Below, in pieces: positions 20,301-30,689 of a stretch of DNA of 64,000 nt (within the stretch, counting starts at the first letter, position 1; every line of letters starts with the position of its first letter). The stretch covers positions 74,287 through 138,286 of the forward strand of contig JBDHTQ010000004.1 in assembly GCA_039808765.1 (NCBI GenBank). The letters run 5' to 3'. Source of the DNA: Bdellovibrionales bacterium (GTDB lineage: Bacteria; Pseudomonadota; Alphaproteobacteria; UBA2400). The notes under the pieces are model-generated. The model searched no databases. It was not told the DNA's origin and saw only the letters and a list, made by a program, of their open reading frames with translations. The position numbers and the translations under genes are program-made.

Positions 20301-20367
20301 GTTAGTTACCCGTTCAATTGCAGAGAGTGCAAAAGATACAGGGCGTACCAAAGCGATCATTATTTAA
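17314..20367 (+). CDS. VirB4-family type IV secretion ATPase, DotO/IcmB/TraU-sized (about 1000 aa). An alternative start is at 17359 (MIRFLND).
   Basis: Walker A FAQPGAGKSVLLN, Walker B-like ICYDEFHRT, and the VirB4/TrbE/CagE signature GRKWGVQIVLASQ (R-K...[AS][TS]Q) are present. The 1017-aa length fits DotO/TraU better than the roughly 800-aa VirB4 of T4A systems. Confidence 0.6.
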   Translation: MALWQNDQIKDCGHKMIRFLNDLFASIYLVLRQPLETFIRLETADDEITLVAADGSMVSYIRIDGAKRLIGVNEFEHIVEQAKIKIGSRLDRPGYALQFYFMRDPARVRGELETIMRPNRAAAANLGLDLQDLFEERARHLSKFLAWEECYVVLWTRPAAFGASDLRRELKTRSAIKWVNAPDAQFPFAALGALRTRHKSFVSSIKGAFDELGIRTQILDVHTALRAVRSSLSPSHPSRQWRACLPGDPISMREPRSQRDYSDVLWPPLARQLLTDDAEIINQTRVRIGNLLWSPIDMTMGPAEATEFPRLLRRLSEYDIPFRISWLIESAGAQGAGLRRFLVSVIGFTKTDNKLIKNSLEHLDMMSKSEPVVRLRVSLATWCGIDQPQQRLDEQASALMSAFESWGQCQVSQIMGDPVEGIMSSALGIACASTAPAGIAPLEVVLRLLPWQPASSPFEQGAIMFRTPEGRIWPYQTGSSVTTTWFDLIFAQPGAGKSVLLNALSLGTTLTAGVARLPYIAIIDIGPSSSGLISLIRDSLPPERRYEAAHYRLRMTAEYAINPFDTQLGCRYPLPDERAYLIELLTLLCTPPGQEQPYDGITQLIGFTLDEMYRWRDDKPAGAEPRVYLPYLDHEVDEAIRSYNIHLPKEPYWWDVVEHLFELGLIHVAQLAQRHAVPTITDAVTASRRPQIRSLLEETKLSASTESIINAFERMIASAIREFPIIASITRFDIGGARVCALDLMEVSPQGDESADRQTAILYMLARHTLVRSWWLGDDVIRLIPEKYKSYHTKRLVDIRESPKRICYDEFHRTSKSHSVRSQVVRDVREGRKWGVQIVLASQLLEDFDDAMVDLATGVWILGSTVSEKAIDKAVDRFGLSESARAVMKGKLTGPRAGGAPCLLILSTNDGRYEQHLINTLGPIELWALSTSAEDVLIRNRLYARLGAQRARLILASNYPGGSARAEIRRRVAMATEKGEVDGAATGVVINEIVDELVTRSIAESAKDTGRTKAIII

Positions 20368-20556
20368 TCGTTTGGTGGCAACTTATCGATTATCTGAATC
20401 CTGAGACTGAATTGCGCAGTGTGTTTTGCGCAGGCCTTACTGTGGGCATGCGTGATTAAAAGGATGCTGATGCTATGCACATATTTTTGATACTGTGTAT
20501 TGGTGCATCAATGTCATGCCCATTATCATTACGTGCGGTTGTTTTGTTGGATAAAA

Positions 20557-22458
20557 TTAAAGTACGCGTTTTTTGTTTTTTTCTGAGGGAATAAGTTCTG
20601 CTGCGGGTAATGGTGACAGCGCTACTTCAGCGGGGTTTAAACGTTGGGCTTCGATCAAGATATCGCGTGCGATAGGGGCCGCAATTTTTGATCCTCCACC
20701 ACCATGTTCAACAATAACGGCAACGGCATAACGTGGTGAGTGAGTGGGGGCATAACCGACGAACAAGGCGTTATCGCGTAAACGCCATTCACGATCTTCG
20801 TTGCGAATGATTCCGCTTGCACGTTCTGCCATAGAAATACGACGCACCTGACTCGTCCCTGTTTTTCCGCCCATCTCTTGACCATTCGTTGTAATCCGTG
20901 CACTGTAGGCAGTGCCGTGTTTGTCGTTACAAACGCTGTTCATTCCCGCAATGATGGCCGACAAATATTCCTCATCAAATCCGAGCGATTTTTCGTTCGT
21001 GAGAGGCGGAGACCTTGTCTGTGTATTGGTGCGCAAGAGTGTTGGCGTTACATCATGGCCGCCATTGACCAAACGTGCGACCATTGCTGCAAGTTGCAGG
21101 GGGGTGGTTTGTAAATCGCCTTGCCCAATGGCAATGTTCAAAGTGTCCCCCCCTTGCCAACGTTCTTTGCGTACCTTTTCTTTCCATTCACGATCGGGGA
21201 CAAGACCTTTCTTCTCGCTGGGCAAGTTAAGCCCTGTTTCTTTGCCCAATCCCAACGTGCGGGCCATATCGGCGATAGGATCAATGCCGATCTTGTTGCC
21301 CAGATCATAGAAATAAACGTCGCAGGACTCGCGCAAGGCACCCACCAGATCAAGTGAGCCATGTCCTCCGTGTTTCCAACAATGAAAAGTATGTCCACCG
21401 AGTTTCATCGCTCCCATGCATGGTACCGTATGTGCAGGAGTAATATGGCCCGTTGAGAGAGCCGCCATTGCTGTTACCATTTTGAATGTTGAGCCGGGGG
21501 AATAAAGACCGGCAATCACTTTATTTGTTAGCGGGGCTGCTTCGTCGTTGCGCAAACTATCCCACAGGGTTTGGGTGATGCCATGGCTAAATGTATTGCT
21601 GTCAAACGTCGGGTGCGATGCAAGAGCATAAATGGCGCCTGTGTGCACATCCATCACGACGCAGGCGGCGCTACGTTCGGTCATCAAACGTTGTTGGGCA
21701 TATTTTTGTAAGTCGATATCCAACGTTAAATTCAGGGTGTTTCCCGGCACACCTTCCTGACGCTGGATTTCTCGAATGACGCGGCCATACGCATTTACTT
21801 CCATATTGGCCGCGCCCACACGACCTCGAAGTGTTTTGTCTTGGGTTTTCTCAATCCCTGACTTGCCGATTTGCAAACCCGATACGCTAAGCAGCGGGTC
21901 GTCATCATCTTCGAGGTCTTTTTTACTAACAGCCCCGACGTAGCCTAAAATATGAGCCGTTGCTTGCGCAAAAGGGTAATAGCGAATTTGGCCTACGTCC
22001 ATGCTGACACCCTCAAGCTCAGGCAACCTGAGCTGCAGTGCTGCGACTTGATCCCACGATAAATTCTCGGCCAAAGTAACGGGATTGAACGGGCGGTTGT
22101 TTTTTATTTCTTGATGGATACGCTTGAGGGCGCTTTCGGAAAAGGGAATAAGTTTTGAAAGATTTGTGAGCGTATTTTCAATTGAAGGTGTTTGCTCGGG
22201 CGTGAGCAATAAGCGAAAATTTTGTTCATTGATCGCCAGTTTTAGTCCCATGCGATCAAGGATCAAACCACGCGGCGGCGCAAGCAAACGTACGCTGATT
22301 CGGTTTTCATCGGCCTGAGTGGTATATTTTACGCTCTGCGTGACCTGCAGGTAATACATGCGTGAAACCAAGCCGCCAAAGAAAGCCGCTTGTAGACCGC
22401 CTAAGAGCAGCGTTCTGCGTGTAAAGAGTCGTTGTCGTTCGCTATCAAAGTCGCGCAT
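20557..22458 (-). CDS. mrdA: Peptidoglycan D,D-transpeptidase PBP2 (MrdA). The start is trimmed to MRDFDSERQ, just after the mreD stop.
   Basis: An N-terminal TM segment and PBP dimerisation domain precede a transpeptidase domain carrying SxxK (STFK), SxN and KTG(T) motifs. It sits downstream of mreBCD. Confidence 0.8.
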   Translation of the reverse strand: MRDFDSERQRLFTRRTLLLGGLQAAFFGGLVSRMYYLQVTQSVKYTTQADENRISVRLLAPPRGLILDRMGLKLAINEQNFRLLLTPEQTPSIENTLTNLSKLIPFSESALKRIHQEIKNNRPFNPVTLAENLSWDQVAALQLRLPELEGVSMDVGQIRYYPFAQATAHILGYVGAVSKKDLEDDDDPLLSVSGLQIGKSGIEKTQDKTLRGRVGAANMEVNAYGRVIREIQRQEGVPGNTLNLTLDIDLQKYAQQRLMTERSAACVVMDVHTGAIYALASHPTFDSNTFSHGITQTLWDSLRNDEAAPLTNKVIAGLYSPGSTFKMVTAMAALSTGHITPAHTVPCMGAMKLGGHTFHCWKHGGHGSLDLVGALRESCDVYFYDLGNKIGIDPIADMARTLGLGKETGLNLPSEKKGLVPDREWKEKVRKERWQGGDTLNIAIGQGDLQTTPLQLAAMVARLVNGGHDVTPTLLRTNTQTRSPPLTNEKSLGFDEEYLSAIIAGMNSVCNDKHGTAYSARITTNGQEMGGKTGTSQVRRISMAERASGIIRNEDREWRLRDNALFVGYAPTHSPRYAVAVIVEHGGGGSKIAAPIARDILIEAQRLNPAEVALSPLPAAELIPSEKNKKRVL

Positions 22459-22460
22459 GG

Positions 22461-22979
22461 TTACAACCCGTCCAAAAATCCGCGTTGCACCCAGTGGAAT
22501 ATCCAAGCGATTGGCGGAAAAAGCGCCAGTCCGGCAACTGTTTGAAACAGGGCGGGCATAAAGGGGATCAACGTTTCATTGATCATGCAGTAAAATCCCC
22601 AGCTTACAACTGCCACCAGTGTAATCAAAATCGCGTAGCCCCACCAGAGCACCAGAAAAGAATGGGCAAGAAAAAGTTGCCGTTGGTGTACCAGTGTGCC
22701 GAAAGCGATTAAAAAAAGCAGGCTGTTGAGGCCCAAGGGGGCTCCGGACAATGTGTCATAGACAAATCCCAAGCTAAAAGCTGAACCAGGTCCAAACAGA
22801 TCGGGACGATAAATGCTCCAATAAAAAACGGCCATTAATCCGATGGATGGCATGATGGCGCCAAAATTGTTTAAGTGCAGTGGCACCATGGTAATGAGAA
22901 CCAGGAAAAGGGCGATAATGAGCGGCGAAAGTGCTCGCGCAGTGCGGTCAATTTTGCTCCACTGATCCCAAACCGTCAT
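22461..22979 (-). CDS. mreD: Rod shape-determining protein MreD
   Basis: Small polytopic membrane protein immediately after mreC. The start is trimmed to MTVWDQ, abutting the mreC stop. Confidence 0.6.
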   Translation of the reverse strand: MTVWDQWSKIDRTARALSPLIIALFLVLITMVPLHLNNFGAIMPSIGLMAVFYWSIYRPDLFGPGSAFSLGFVYDTLSGAPLGLNSLLFLIAFGTLVHQRQLFLAHSFLVLWWGYAILITLVAVVSWGFYCMINETLIPFMPALFQTVAGLALFPPIAWIFHWVQRGFLDGL

Positions 22980-22980
22980 T

Positions 22981-23874
22981 TCACGGCCGCGCGGCAGGAG
23001 CATGCGAGGATGTTGACTCAGGCGAGAGCAAGTCTTCTGGCGTGCCGGGATCAAGAACCTGAACAAATTCCAAACGACCTAAATCAGCTAGCGGTTCAAC
23101 CCGAATTATTCCTCCTTCAGCGTGGCTGATTACGCCGACGGGAATACCCGCTGGATAAATGCCTCCCACTCCTGAGGTAATTATACGCTCACCAATGGTG
23201 GGCATGATATCGGGTGGCAGGCTGGTTAGGCGCAATTGCTCAGAGTTATCCCCCTCCACCAAACCCCGTTGACGGCTTGATTCAAGCAAAACTGGAACAC
23301 GTGCACTAATATCATTGATCATTAATATCCGGCTGGAATGACGACCAACACTAACTATTCGGCCTGCCAACCCCCCTCCTGCCAGCGCAACAAGTCCATT
23401 GCGCAACCCCTCATCATACCCCGCAAGAATGACGATGTTGCGGATGAATGGGCCGCCCACATCGGCAATAACGCGGGCTGTTGTGGTGCGTTGAGTTGGA
23501 TCAATTTGCATTTTTAGCAGATCGCGTAGGCCTTTGTTTTCAGCCTCTAACTTCATCACGGCATTTTGGTATTGGCGCAGACGTTCGTTTTCTGCGAGCA
23601 GTCGTTCATTTTCCGCACGAAGTTCGGTAAGGTTGCCAAGCGTGGCAATAAAGTGGGCTGCGCTCCCAACGGGAGTTGCTACGGTTGCCAGAACAACGGT
23701 GAACGCATCGGTCATTCGGGTGCGTGCATTTTCAGCCAGCTGTGGTTGGACCAGTGAAAATAAGAGGAGAAAAACAGCGGCAATCACCATCATAGGCAGC
23801 GTCCAGCGCTGGGTATTGAGCGTGGTGAGAGTCAATGTCTTGGGTGTTGGCTGCTTGCGCGATGCGTTCATCAT
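22981..23874 (-). CDS. mreC: Rod shape-determining protein MreC
   Basis: Signal-anchor followed by a coiled coil (LRAENERLLAENERLRQY) and beta-rich MreC domains. It lies between mreB and mreD. Confidence 0.75.
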   Translation of the reverse strand: MMNASRKQPTPKTLTLTTLNTQRWTLPMMVIAAVFLLLFSLVQPQLAENARTRMTDAFTVVLATVATPVGSAAHFIATLGNLTELRAENERLLAENERLRQYQNAVMKLEAENKGLRDLLKMQIDPTQRTTTARVIADVGGPFIRNIVILAGYDEGLRNGLVALAGGGLAGRIVSVGRHSSRILMINDISARVPVLLESSRQRGLVEGDNSEQLRLTSLPPDIMPTIGERIITSGVGGIYPAGIPVGVISHAEGGIIRVEPLADLGRLEFVQVLDPGTPEDLLSPESTSSHAPAARP

Positions 23875-23919
23875 AATGTCAGCTCAACTCCTTTTCTTCA
23901 TCAACATAGGGCCGGTTTG

Positions 23920-24957
<1,038 letters not shown>

Positions 24958-25171
24958 TTATGACGCCTTCCTGTGCCTCATCGTGGCCTATGCGAGGCAT
25001 ACCCAATTGAAAGAAAACTTGCAAGAGGTGAGACCATACCCCACAAGAGCGATTTAGCAGAAAAATCAGTTAAAGCGAAACAAAAAAGCCAGCACGTGGT
25101 TCGCACTGGCTTTTTTATAAGCGGGGGAGAATTTTTATGTCAGATAATTCTCACGAGTCCCATTACAAAGA

Positions 25172-25612
25172 TTAACGATCGTCGCCGTCGGCATCCACAT
25201 CGTTTTCGTTGGATGTCCCCATTCCTTCATCGGATGTCGCATCCTCATCGGCTTGGGGTGTTGTTGTGCCTTCTTCCATGGTTGTGGCTTGCTCGGCAGC
25301 AGGAGCGGGTGTTACAGGTGTTGCTGCGGTCGATTCGGTTGATGGGGCAGGGGCTGCTTCCATCATTTTATTCGATGTATCTTCTTCTGTAGTGGTTTGA
25401 GGAGCAGTTGTTTCAGCTGGAGTGGTTTCTTCAGTTCCTGCAGCAGGCGCAATGCTGTTGTATGCTGCGCCGGTAGAAGCGGTTGTTTCAGCCGCCTTGT
25501 TCGTTGAAGACTGGGTCCACAGCCAACCGGTTGCAATCACTGCAGCCAGAACGATCAACGGCACAATCAGTTTGCCGTTACCTGAGGATTGATTGGGGGT
25601 ATTGTTCGCCAT
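25172..25612 (-). CDS. Hypothetical membrane-anchored acidic low-complexity protein
   Basis: An N-terminal TM segment (LIVPLIVLAAVIATGWLW) is followed by a T/A/E/P-rich disordered acidic tail. Confidence 0.3.
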   Translation of the reverse strand: MANNTPNQSSGNGKLIVPLIVLAAVIATGWLWTQSSTNKAAETTASTGAAYNSIAPAAGTEETTPAETTAPQTTTEEDTSNKMMEAAPAPSTESTAATPVTPAPAAEQATTMEEGTTTPQADEDATSDEGMGTSNENDVDADGDDR

Positions 25613-25784
25613 TGAATCGTACTCCGAAAATGAGCCAGAAAATCTTCTCAGAAATCTGGGCTGTGGTTATCTATGTAAACACCTTAGCGTGAGAGAGAGA
25701 CGAGGGCAATGGGCCTCTTGCCGCAGTGTCTGTTAATTTTGACAGGGGTATAGGTTTGTGCAGAAATGCTTTTCAATCAACCGT

Positions 25785-26540
25785 TTAACAGAATGCGCTT
25801 TTTTGTGCCTGATCAATAAAATGATGAGCCAGTCGTGTACGTGATGGGGGCAATATCCCCTTTTTTTGTGAAAAAACATGGGTGGAAAGAAAATAACCTG
25901 TTAATGCAAGTCCCTCTACAATGGCTTGCGTGGGATCGCTGTCAGGGGATTCATTCGCCGTGAGAAAAGCGGGCAACTTCAAAAGTTTTTCAAGATAGGG
26001 GGCAGCGGCTTCAGCACAAACCGCCCGCGCACTTTTGGGGCTAACATGTGTGAGACCTGTGGTCGCACCACTGACCGCACAGGTACTTAAATCCACCCCG
26101 TAGCCCAGGTCACGCAAGAGCCCGATTTCCCACCGGACATAGCTGTAAGGCCAGTGTTCTGAATGGCTCAGACTTTCAAGTAAGGCACTTAAGCCGTGGA
26201 ATGTTGCCGGATAGGGCTGCTGTTCAGCCATGGCCTGCTCAACCACGCTTAAGGCTGCAGTCATAGCAAGTAAACGCTCAGATTGACTCATGATCATGGC
26301 TGGCCAAGGGTATGCTGTTTCCAGTGACGTGAAATGACCCAGCTGCTCGCTCAAGCGCGTTCGCCAAGCGCAGCGTACGGCATTACCAGGCTGGATGATT
26401 GCTGCTTTGGTGCGAGATTGGCCACCATTGAGGATGCCCAACACACGCCCATGCTGTTCGCTCATTACACTTAATAGGATGTTGTTTTCGCCTTGCGGGC
26501 GGGCGCTTAAAATGAGGCCGTCATCTTGCCATTCAATCAT
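25785..26540 (-). CDS. recO: DNA repair protein RecO
   Basis: 251 aa. N-terminal OB-fold pattern MIEWQDDGLILSARPQGENNILLSVMSEQHGRVLG, and a central Cys-containing region. Confidence 0.75.
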   Translation of the reverse strand: MIEWQDDGLILSARPQGENNILLSVMSEQHGRVLGILNGGQSRTKAAIIQPGNAVRCAWRTRLSEQLGHFTSLETAYPWPAMIMSQSERLLAMTAALSVVEQAMAEQQPYPATFHGLSALLESLSHSEHWPYSYVRWEIGLLRDLGYGVDLSTCAVSGATTGLTHVSPKSARAVCAEAAAPYLEKLLKLPAFLTANESPDSDPTQAIVEGLALTGYFLSTHVFSQKKGILPPSRTRLAHHFIDQAQKSAFC

Positions 26541-26596
26541 GGCTTAGTGATGGCGGCTCTTCTGCGTTTTGTCAAATACCACTTTTGAGAAAAAGC

Positions 26597-27061
26597 TTAA
26601 GGTCTTTTTTGTTCAAGCTGTTGGATTAAAATAGATTTAACAGTTGAGGGTGGCAAAACTTTGTTATTGGCTTCTTCAAGTTTTGCACGCACAAAATTCA
26701 TATCAACCAAGTTGGTGCCTTGTCCGCGATCTTGCAGGGTGCCGTATAACCCCGAAAGGTAAGCGTCGCGCAAAAGCGGCATGTATGCATTAACAGCCTC
26801 TGCTTTTTCCTTGTTTTCAACTTCGAGGGCGACGACCAAAAAAAGACTTTGTACCACTTTTCCATTTTTGAGAATGGGGATGCTCATTGGGGCAATGGAG
26901 ATAAATTGCGGGCCTTTTGGCTCTTCTTTTTCACCTTCGCCGCCTTCTCCTTCACCTCCCTCGCTGCCATGTTTGGCGCTATTGGCCCACGCATGATGGG
27001 TTAAGGGGCTGCTTAAGCATAAAGCAAAAGCCAAGAGTAAAAGAAGAAAGACGTTTTTCAT
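26597..27061 (-). CDS. FliL-family-like periplasmic protein (a second, orphan FliL-like gene)
   Basis: Signal peptide present. The region ISIAPMSIPILKNGKVVQSLFLVVALEVENKEKAEAVNAYMPLLRDAYL follows the FliL-domain pattern (h.h.h.V.L.....YLP.hRD.hh) seen in the fliL at 1811. Confidence 0.4.
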   Translation of the reverse strand: MKNVFLLLLLAFALCLSSPLTHHAWANSAKHGSEGGEGEGGEGEKEEPKGPQFISIAPMSIPILKNGKVVQSLFLVVALEVENKEKAEAVNAYMPLLRDAYLSGLYGTLQDRGQGTNLVDMNFVRAKLEEANNKVLPPSTVKSILIQQLEQKRP

Positions 27062-27147
27062 GGTGACCTCAATGTCAATGCGCTCTTACCAGCAACAACT
27101 TCAAGATAGCGGCTAAATCTTAAGATGTGGCGAACATTTTTCGCGTT

Positions 27148-27180
27148 AAAAAATAAAAACGCACCCGTTGGAATGCGTTT
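27148..27180 (-). terminator. Rho-independent terminator downstream of clpA
   Basis: On the minus strand an AACGCA-TTCCAACGGG-TGCGTT hairpin is followed by TTTTTATTTTTT. Confidence 0.45.
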
Positions 27181-27213
27181 TCATGTTGTGATGATCAACG
27201 AAGTGAGGCGAAG

Positions 27214-29541
27214 TTATTCAACCGGCTCTTGGGTTGATGCCGCGTCTTCTTCATCATGATTCGTTTCGTGTTCAGTTTGTTCAAACGCGAAAGTCAGCTT
27301 GTCGTTTTCGACTTTTACCTTGGCGACTCCTCCCTTGACCAGCTTGCCGAAGAGGATTTCTTCCGCCAGCGGCTTTTTGAGATGCTCTTGAATCACACGG
27401 CTCAGGGGACGGGCGCCCATTTGCGGATCATAGCCCCGCACACCCAACCATTTACGGGCTTCTTCGCTCAGATCAATCGTGACATGGCGTTCAGAAAGTT
27501 GGCCTTCCAATTCCAGCACAAACTTATCGACCACCCGACCAATTGTTTCTTCGCTCAAAGCACCGAAGGGAATTATCGCATCCAGACGGTTGCGGAATTC
27601 TGGCGTAAACAGCTTGCTGATGGCTTCCATGTCTTCGCCTGTGCGAATACCATTGCCAAAACCAATCGCCCGTTTAGCCATGTCGGCAGCCCCAGCGTTG
27701 GTGGTCATGATCAAGATCACGTTGCGACAATCAATGCTTTTGCCGTTGTGGTCGGTCAAGCGACCGCTGTCCATCACCTGTAGAAGAATGTTGAACAAAT
27801 CTGGATGGGCTTTTTCAACTTCGTCGAGTAACAGCACAGCATGCGGGTGCTGGTCAATCGCATCGGTCAACAACCCGCCTTGATCGAAACCCACATAACC
27901 CGGAGGTGCACCAATCAGTCTTGAGACAGAATGTTTCTCCATGTATTCCGACATATCAAAGCGGATCATTTCAATCCCCAGCGACTTCGCCAGTTGACGG
28001 GCCACTTCAGTTTTACCAACACCTGTCGGACCTGAGAAAAGATAGTTACCAATTGGTTTGTCAGCCGAGCGCAAGCCGGCACGAGCCAGTTTGATTGCTG
28101 ATGAAAGCGCTTCTATGGCCTTTTCTTGCCCAAAAACAACGGTGCGCAAGTCACGCTCCAGATTTGCGAGCTGTTCACGGTCGTTACTGCTGACCGTTTT
28201 AGGCGGAATGCGTGCCATGGTGGCAATTGCCGCTTCAATATCTTTGACGTTGATGACGGTTTTGCGTTCGTTTTCTGACAAGAGATGCTGACTTGCGCCC
28301 ACTTCGTCAATCACATCAATGGCCTTGTCCGGCAGCTTGCGATCACTGATATACTTGGCCGATAAATCCACAGCTGCTTTGAGAGCACTCGCGGTATAAC
28401 GAACCTTATGATGCTTTTCGTAATAAGGTTTGAGACCCTGCAGAATTTTGAGCGCATCTTCTGGTGTTGGCTCATTCACATCGATCTTTTGGAAGCGACG
28501 CACAAGCGCACGATCTTTTTCAAAGAAACCGCGGAACTCTTTATACGTCGTCGAACCGATACAGCGCAGCGTTCCGGCAGAGAGTGACGGTTTAAGGAGG
28601 TTCGAGGCATCCATGGCCCCGCCAGATGTTGAACCGGCGCCAATAACTGTGTGAATTTCATCAATGAAAAGAACCGCTTTGCCATGTTTTTCGAGTGCGG
28701 TTACAACAGCTTTCAGGCGTTCTTCAAAATCACCGCGATAGCGTGTTCCCGCGAGTAGAGCACCCATATCAAGGGCAAAGATTGTGATTCCTTCCAAAAC
28801 TTCCGGCACGCTGTGTTCTGTAATGCGGCGGGCCAAACCTTCTGCAATCGCCGTTTTACCCACACCCGGATCACCCACCAGCAACGGATTGTTTTTGGTG
28901 CGACGGCAGAGAATCTGGATTGTACGCTCCACTTCCATCTCACGGCCGATCAGCGGGTCTATTTTTCCATTTTTAGCTTTTTCATTCAGATCAATACAGT
29001 AGGACTCGAGTGGATCTTTATCCTTTTTCGCCGCGCTAGCTTTATCAGGGATTGCGGCACCTGTTTCTTCATCACTGCGAGAAGAATTTATCGGCCCGTT
29101 CATACCCGGCACTTTAGCGATGCCGTGACTAATGAAATTTACTGCATCAAAGCGCGTCATTTCCTGTTCTTGTAGAAAGTAAACAGCGTGGCTTTCACGT
29201 TCAGAGAAAAGCGCCACCAAAACGTTGGCTCCCGTTACTTCATCGCGGCCAGCGCTCTGCACATGAATGGCAGCCCGTTGTAAAACGCGCTGAAAACCAG
29301 CTGTGGGTTTGGCATCCCCCAACGCAGGAATAACCAGATTGCCTAATTCCGTATCCAGATAGTCGCTCAAGTCACGCTGTAGGCGTTCAACATCCACACC
29401 ACACGCACGCAGAACAGGAATTGAATCGGCATCTTCGGTCAATGACAGCAATAAATGTTCCAGCGTGGCATATTCATGTCGCCGGGCATTCGCCTGACCA
29501 AGTGCACGATGTAATGACTGTTCAAGATTTCGCGAAAGCAT
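27214..29541 (-). CDS. clpA: ATP-dependent Clp protease ATP-binding subunit ClpA
   Basis: 775 aa. The Clp N-domain is followed by two AAA+ modules with Walker A motifs GDPGVGKT and GPTGVGKT, and a ClpB/ClpA D2-small domain. Confidence 0.9.
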   Translation of the reverse strand: MLSRNLEQSLHRALGQANARRHEYATLEHLLLSLTEDADSIPVLRACGVDVERLQRDLSDYLDTELGNLVIPALGDAKPTAGFQRVLQRAAIHVQSAGRDEVTGANVLVALFSERESHAVYFLQEQEMTRFDAVNFISHGIAKVPGMNGPINSSRSDEETGAAIPDKASAAKKDKDPLESYCIDLNEKAKNGKIDPLIGREMEVERTIQILCRRTKNNPLLVGDPGVGKTAIAEGLARRITEHSVPEVLEGITIFALDMGALLAGTRYRGDFEERLKAVVTALEKHGKAVLFIDEIHTVIGAGSTSGGAMDASNLLKPSLSAGTLRCIGSTTYKEFRGFFEKDRALVRRFQKIDVNEPTPEDALKILQGLKPYYEKHHKVRYTASALKAAVDLSAKYISDRKLPDKAIDVIDEVGASQHLLSENERKTVINVKDIEAAIATMARIPPKTVSSNDREQLANLERDLRTVVFGQEKAIEALSSAIKLARAGLRSADKPIGNYLFSGPTGVGKTEVARQLAKSLGIEMIRFDMSEYMEKHSVSRLIGAPPGYVGFDQGGLLTDAIDQHPHAVLLLDEVEKAHPDLFNILLQVMDSGRLTDHNGKSIDCRNVILIMTTNAGAADMAKRAIGFGNGIRTGEDMEAISKLFTPEFRNRLDAIIPFGALSEETIGRVVDKFVLELEGQLSERHVTIDLSEEARKWLGVRGYDPQMGARPLSRVIQEHLKKPLAEEILFGKLVKGGVAKVKVENDKLTFAFEQTEHETNHDEEDAASTQEPVE

Positions 29542-29544
29542 GGA

Positions 29545-29883
29545 TTACTCCCTCTCCATAACGCACTGCAACGGATGTTGGTGTTGCCGTGCTTGATCTA
29601 TAACCTGCATCACCTTCGTTTCCGCCACCTCGTAGGTATACACACCGCATATACCGACCCCCTCGTGGTGGACACTCAGCATGATGCTGGTTGCCTCCTC
29701 TTGATTTTTATGGAAATACCTTTCTAAGATGTGAATGACGAACTCCATTGGCGTGTAATCATCATTCAAAAGCAGCACTTTATAAAGTGAAGGTCGTTTG
29801 TTTTTGACAGCCGGTAATGGTTTGTCAATAATTTGTACATCGTCATCTTCTTGTGGATCTGAGAGGTCTGGTATGTTGGCCAT
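29545..29883 (-). CDS. clpS: ClpS adaptor protein (start trimmed to MANIPD)
   Basis: The [20 protein letters not shown] core is diagnostic of ClpS. It lies immediately upstream of clpA. Confidence 0.75.
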   Translation of the reverse strand: MANIPDLSDPQEDDDVQIIDKPLPAVKNKRPSLYKVLLLNDDYTPMEFVIHILERYFHKNQEEATSIMLSVHHEGVGICGVYTYEVAETKVMQVIDQARQHQHPLQCVMERE

Positions 29884-30116
29884 GGTCAAAAACACCTTAA
29901 ATTTGAGCATATTTTGTTGAGTCAACTAACAAGTTGCTGTGCCATATCCAGAATCGGTGGCCAAAGTTTGCCATTGAAACTGTGTCATTGGATGTGAAAA
30001 AGCAAGTTTTTCACAAATTTTTTTTCGGCAAAATTTTTTATCTCAAAAAAAGAAAAAATTTTAGCCGAATGCTTTTTAACCGTACTCCAACGTGCATCTT
30101 CTCTGGCGGGAAGAAA

Positions 30117-30611
30117 CTATTTCAACTTGTTAAAGCGAATGGTTTGCTGGCCCGAGCTGTCGTATGTCGTCATGTATGGTTCTTCGCCCAATTCATTTTC
30201 AAGACCAACGATAAAACGTACTTTAGAGTCGCTGTCTTTTAACACCAGGGTGGGACTCTGGTACTTGCCTTCCAAACGTAGCAGCGCTCGGATTTTACCT
30301 TTGTCGTCAGAAAGGGCAAGAAGAGGGTTGCCTTGATCTGGACCAGGGCCATATGTACCGATTTGGATGCGCTCAGTTCCGTTTTTGTCCAGAAACTTTA
30401 AGGCGGTGCCACCGTTTTGAGCAAAGGCTTGAATGCCGAAATTATTGGTCGAAGGGTCACGGATAGAGAAATATGATTCCCAAATTGTTTCGGCCCATGC
30501 TGGTGTAAACGTCATCAGCATTTGAGCGCTCATCCCACCGAGAAAAGCTGCAAAGAACAACCCGACAAACCGCAACGATATATGTGAAATGAAAGACTTC
30601 AGTTTGCGCAT
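30117..30611 (-). CDS. Hypothetical exported or membrane-anchored protein
   Basis: 164 aa with an N-terminal hydrophobic segment. No family recognised. Confidence 0.3.
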   Translation of the reverse strand: MRKLKSFISHISLRFVGLFFAAFLGGMSAQMLMTFTPAWAETIWESYFSIRDPSTNNFGIQAFAQNGGTALKFLDKNGTERIQIGTYGPGPDQGNPLLALSDDKGKIRALLRLEGKYQSPTLVLKDSDSKVRFIVGLENELGEEPYMTTYDSSGQQTIRFNKLK

Positions 30612-30689
30612 GAGTAATCCTTTCCAAACAAAACCGACGCTGAAGCAGCCCCTCAGCGCCGGTTAATTTAGCTTAAAGAAAGTAAAAAG

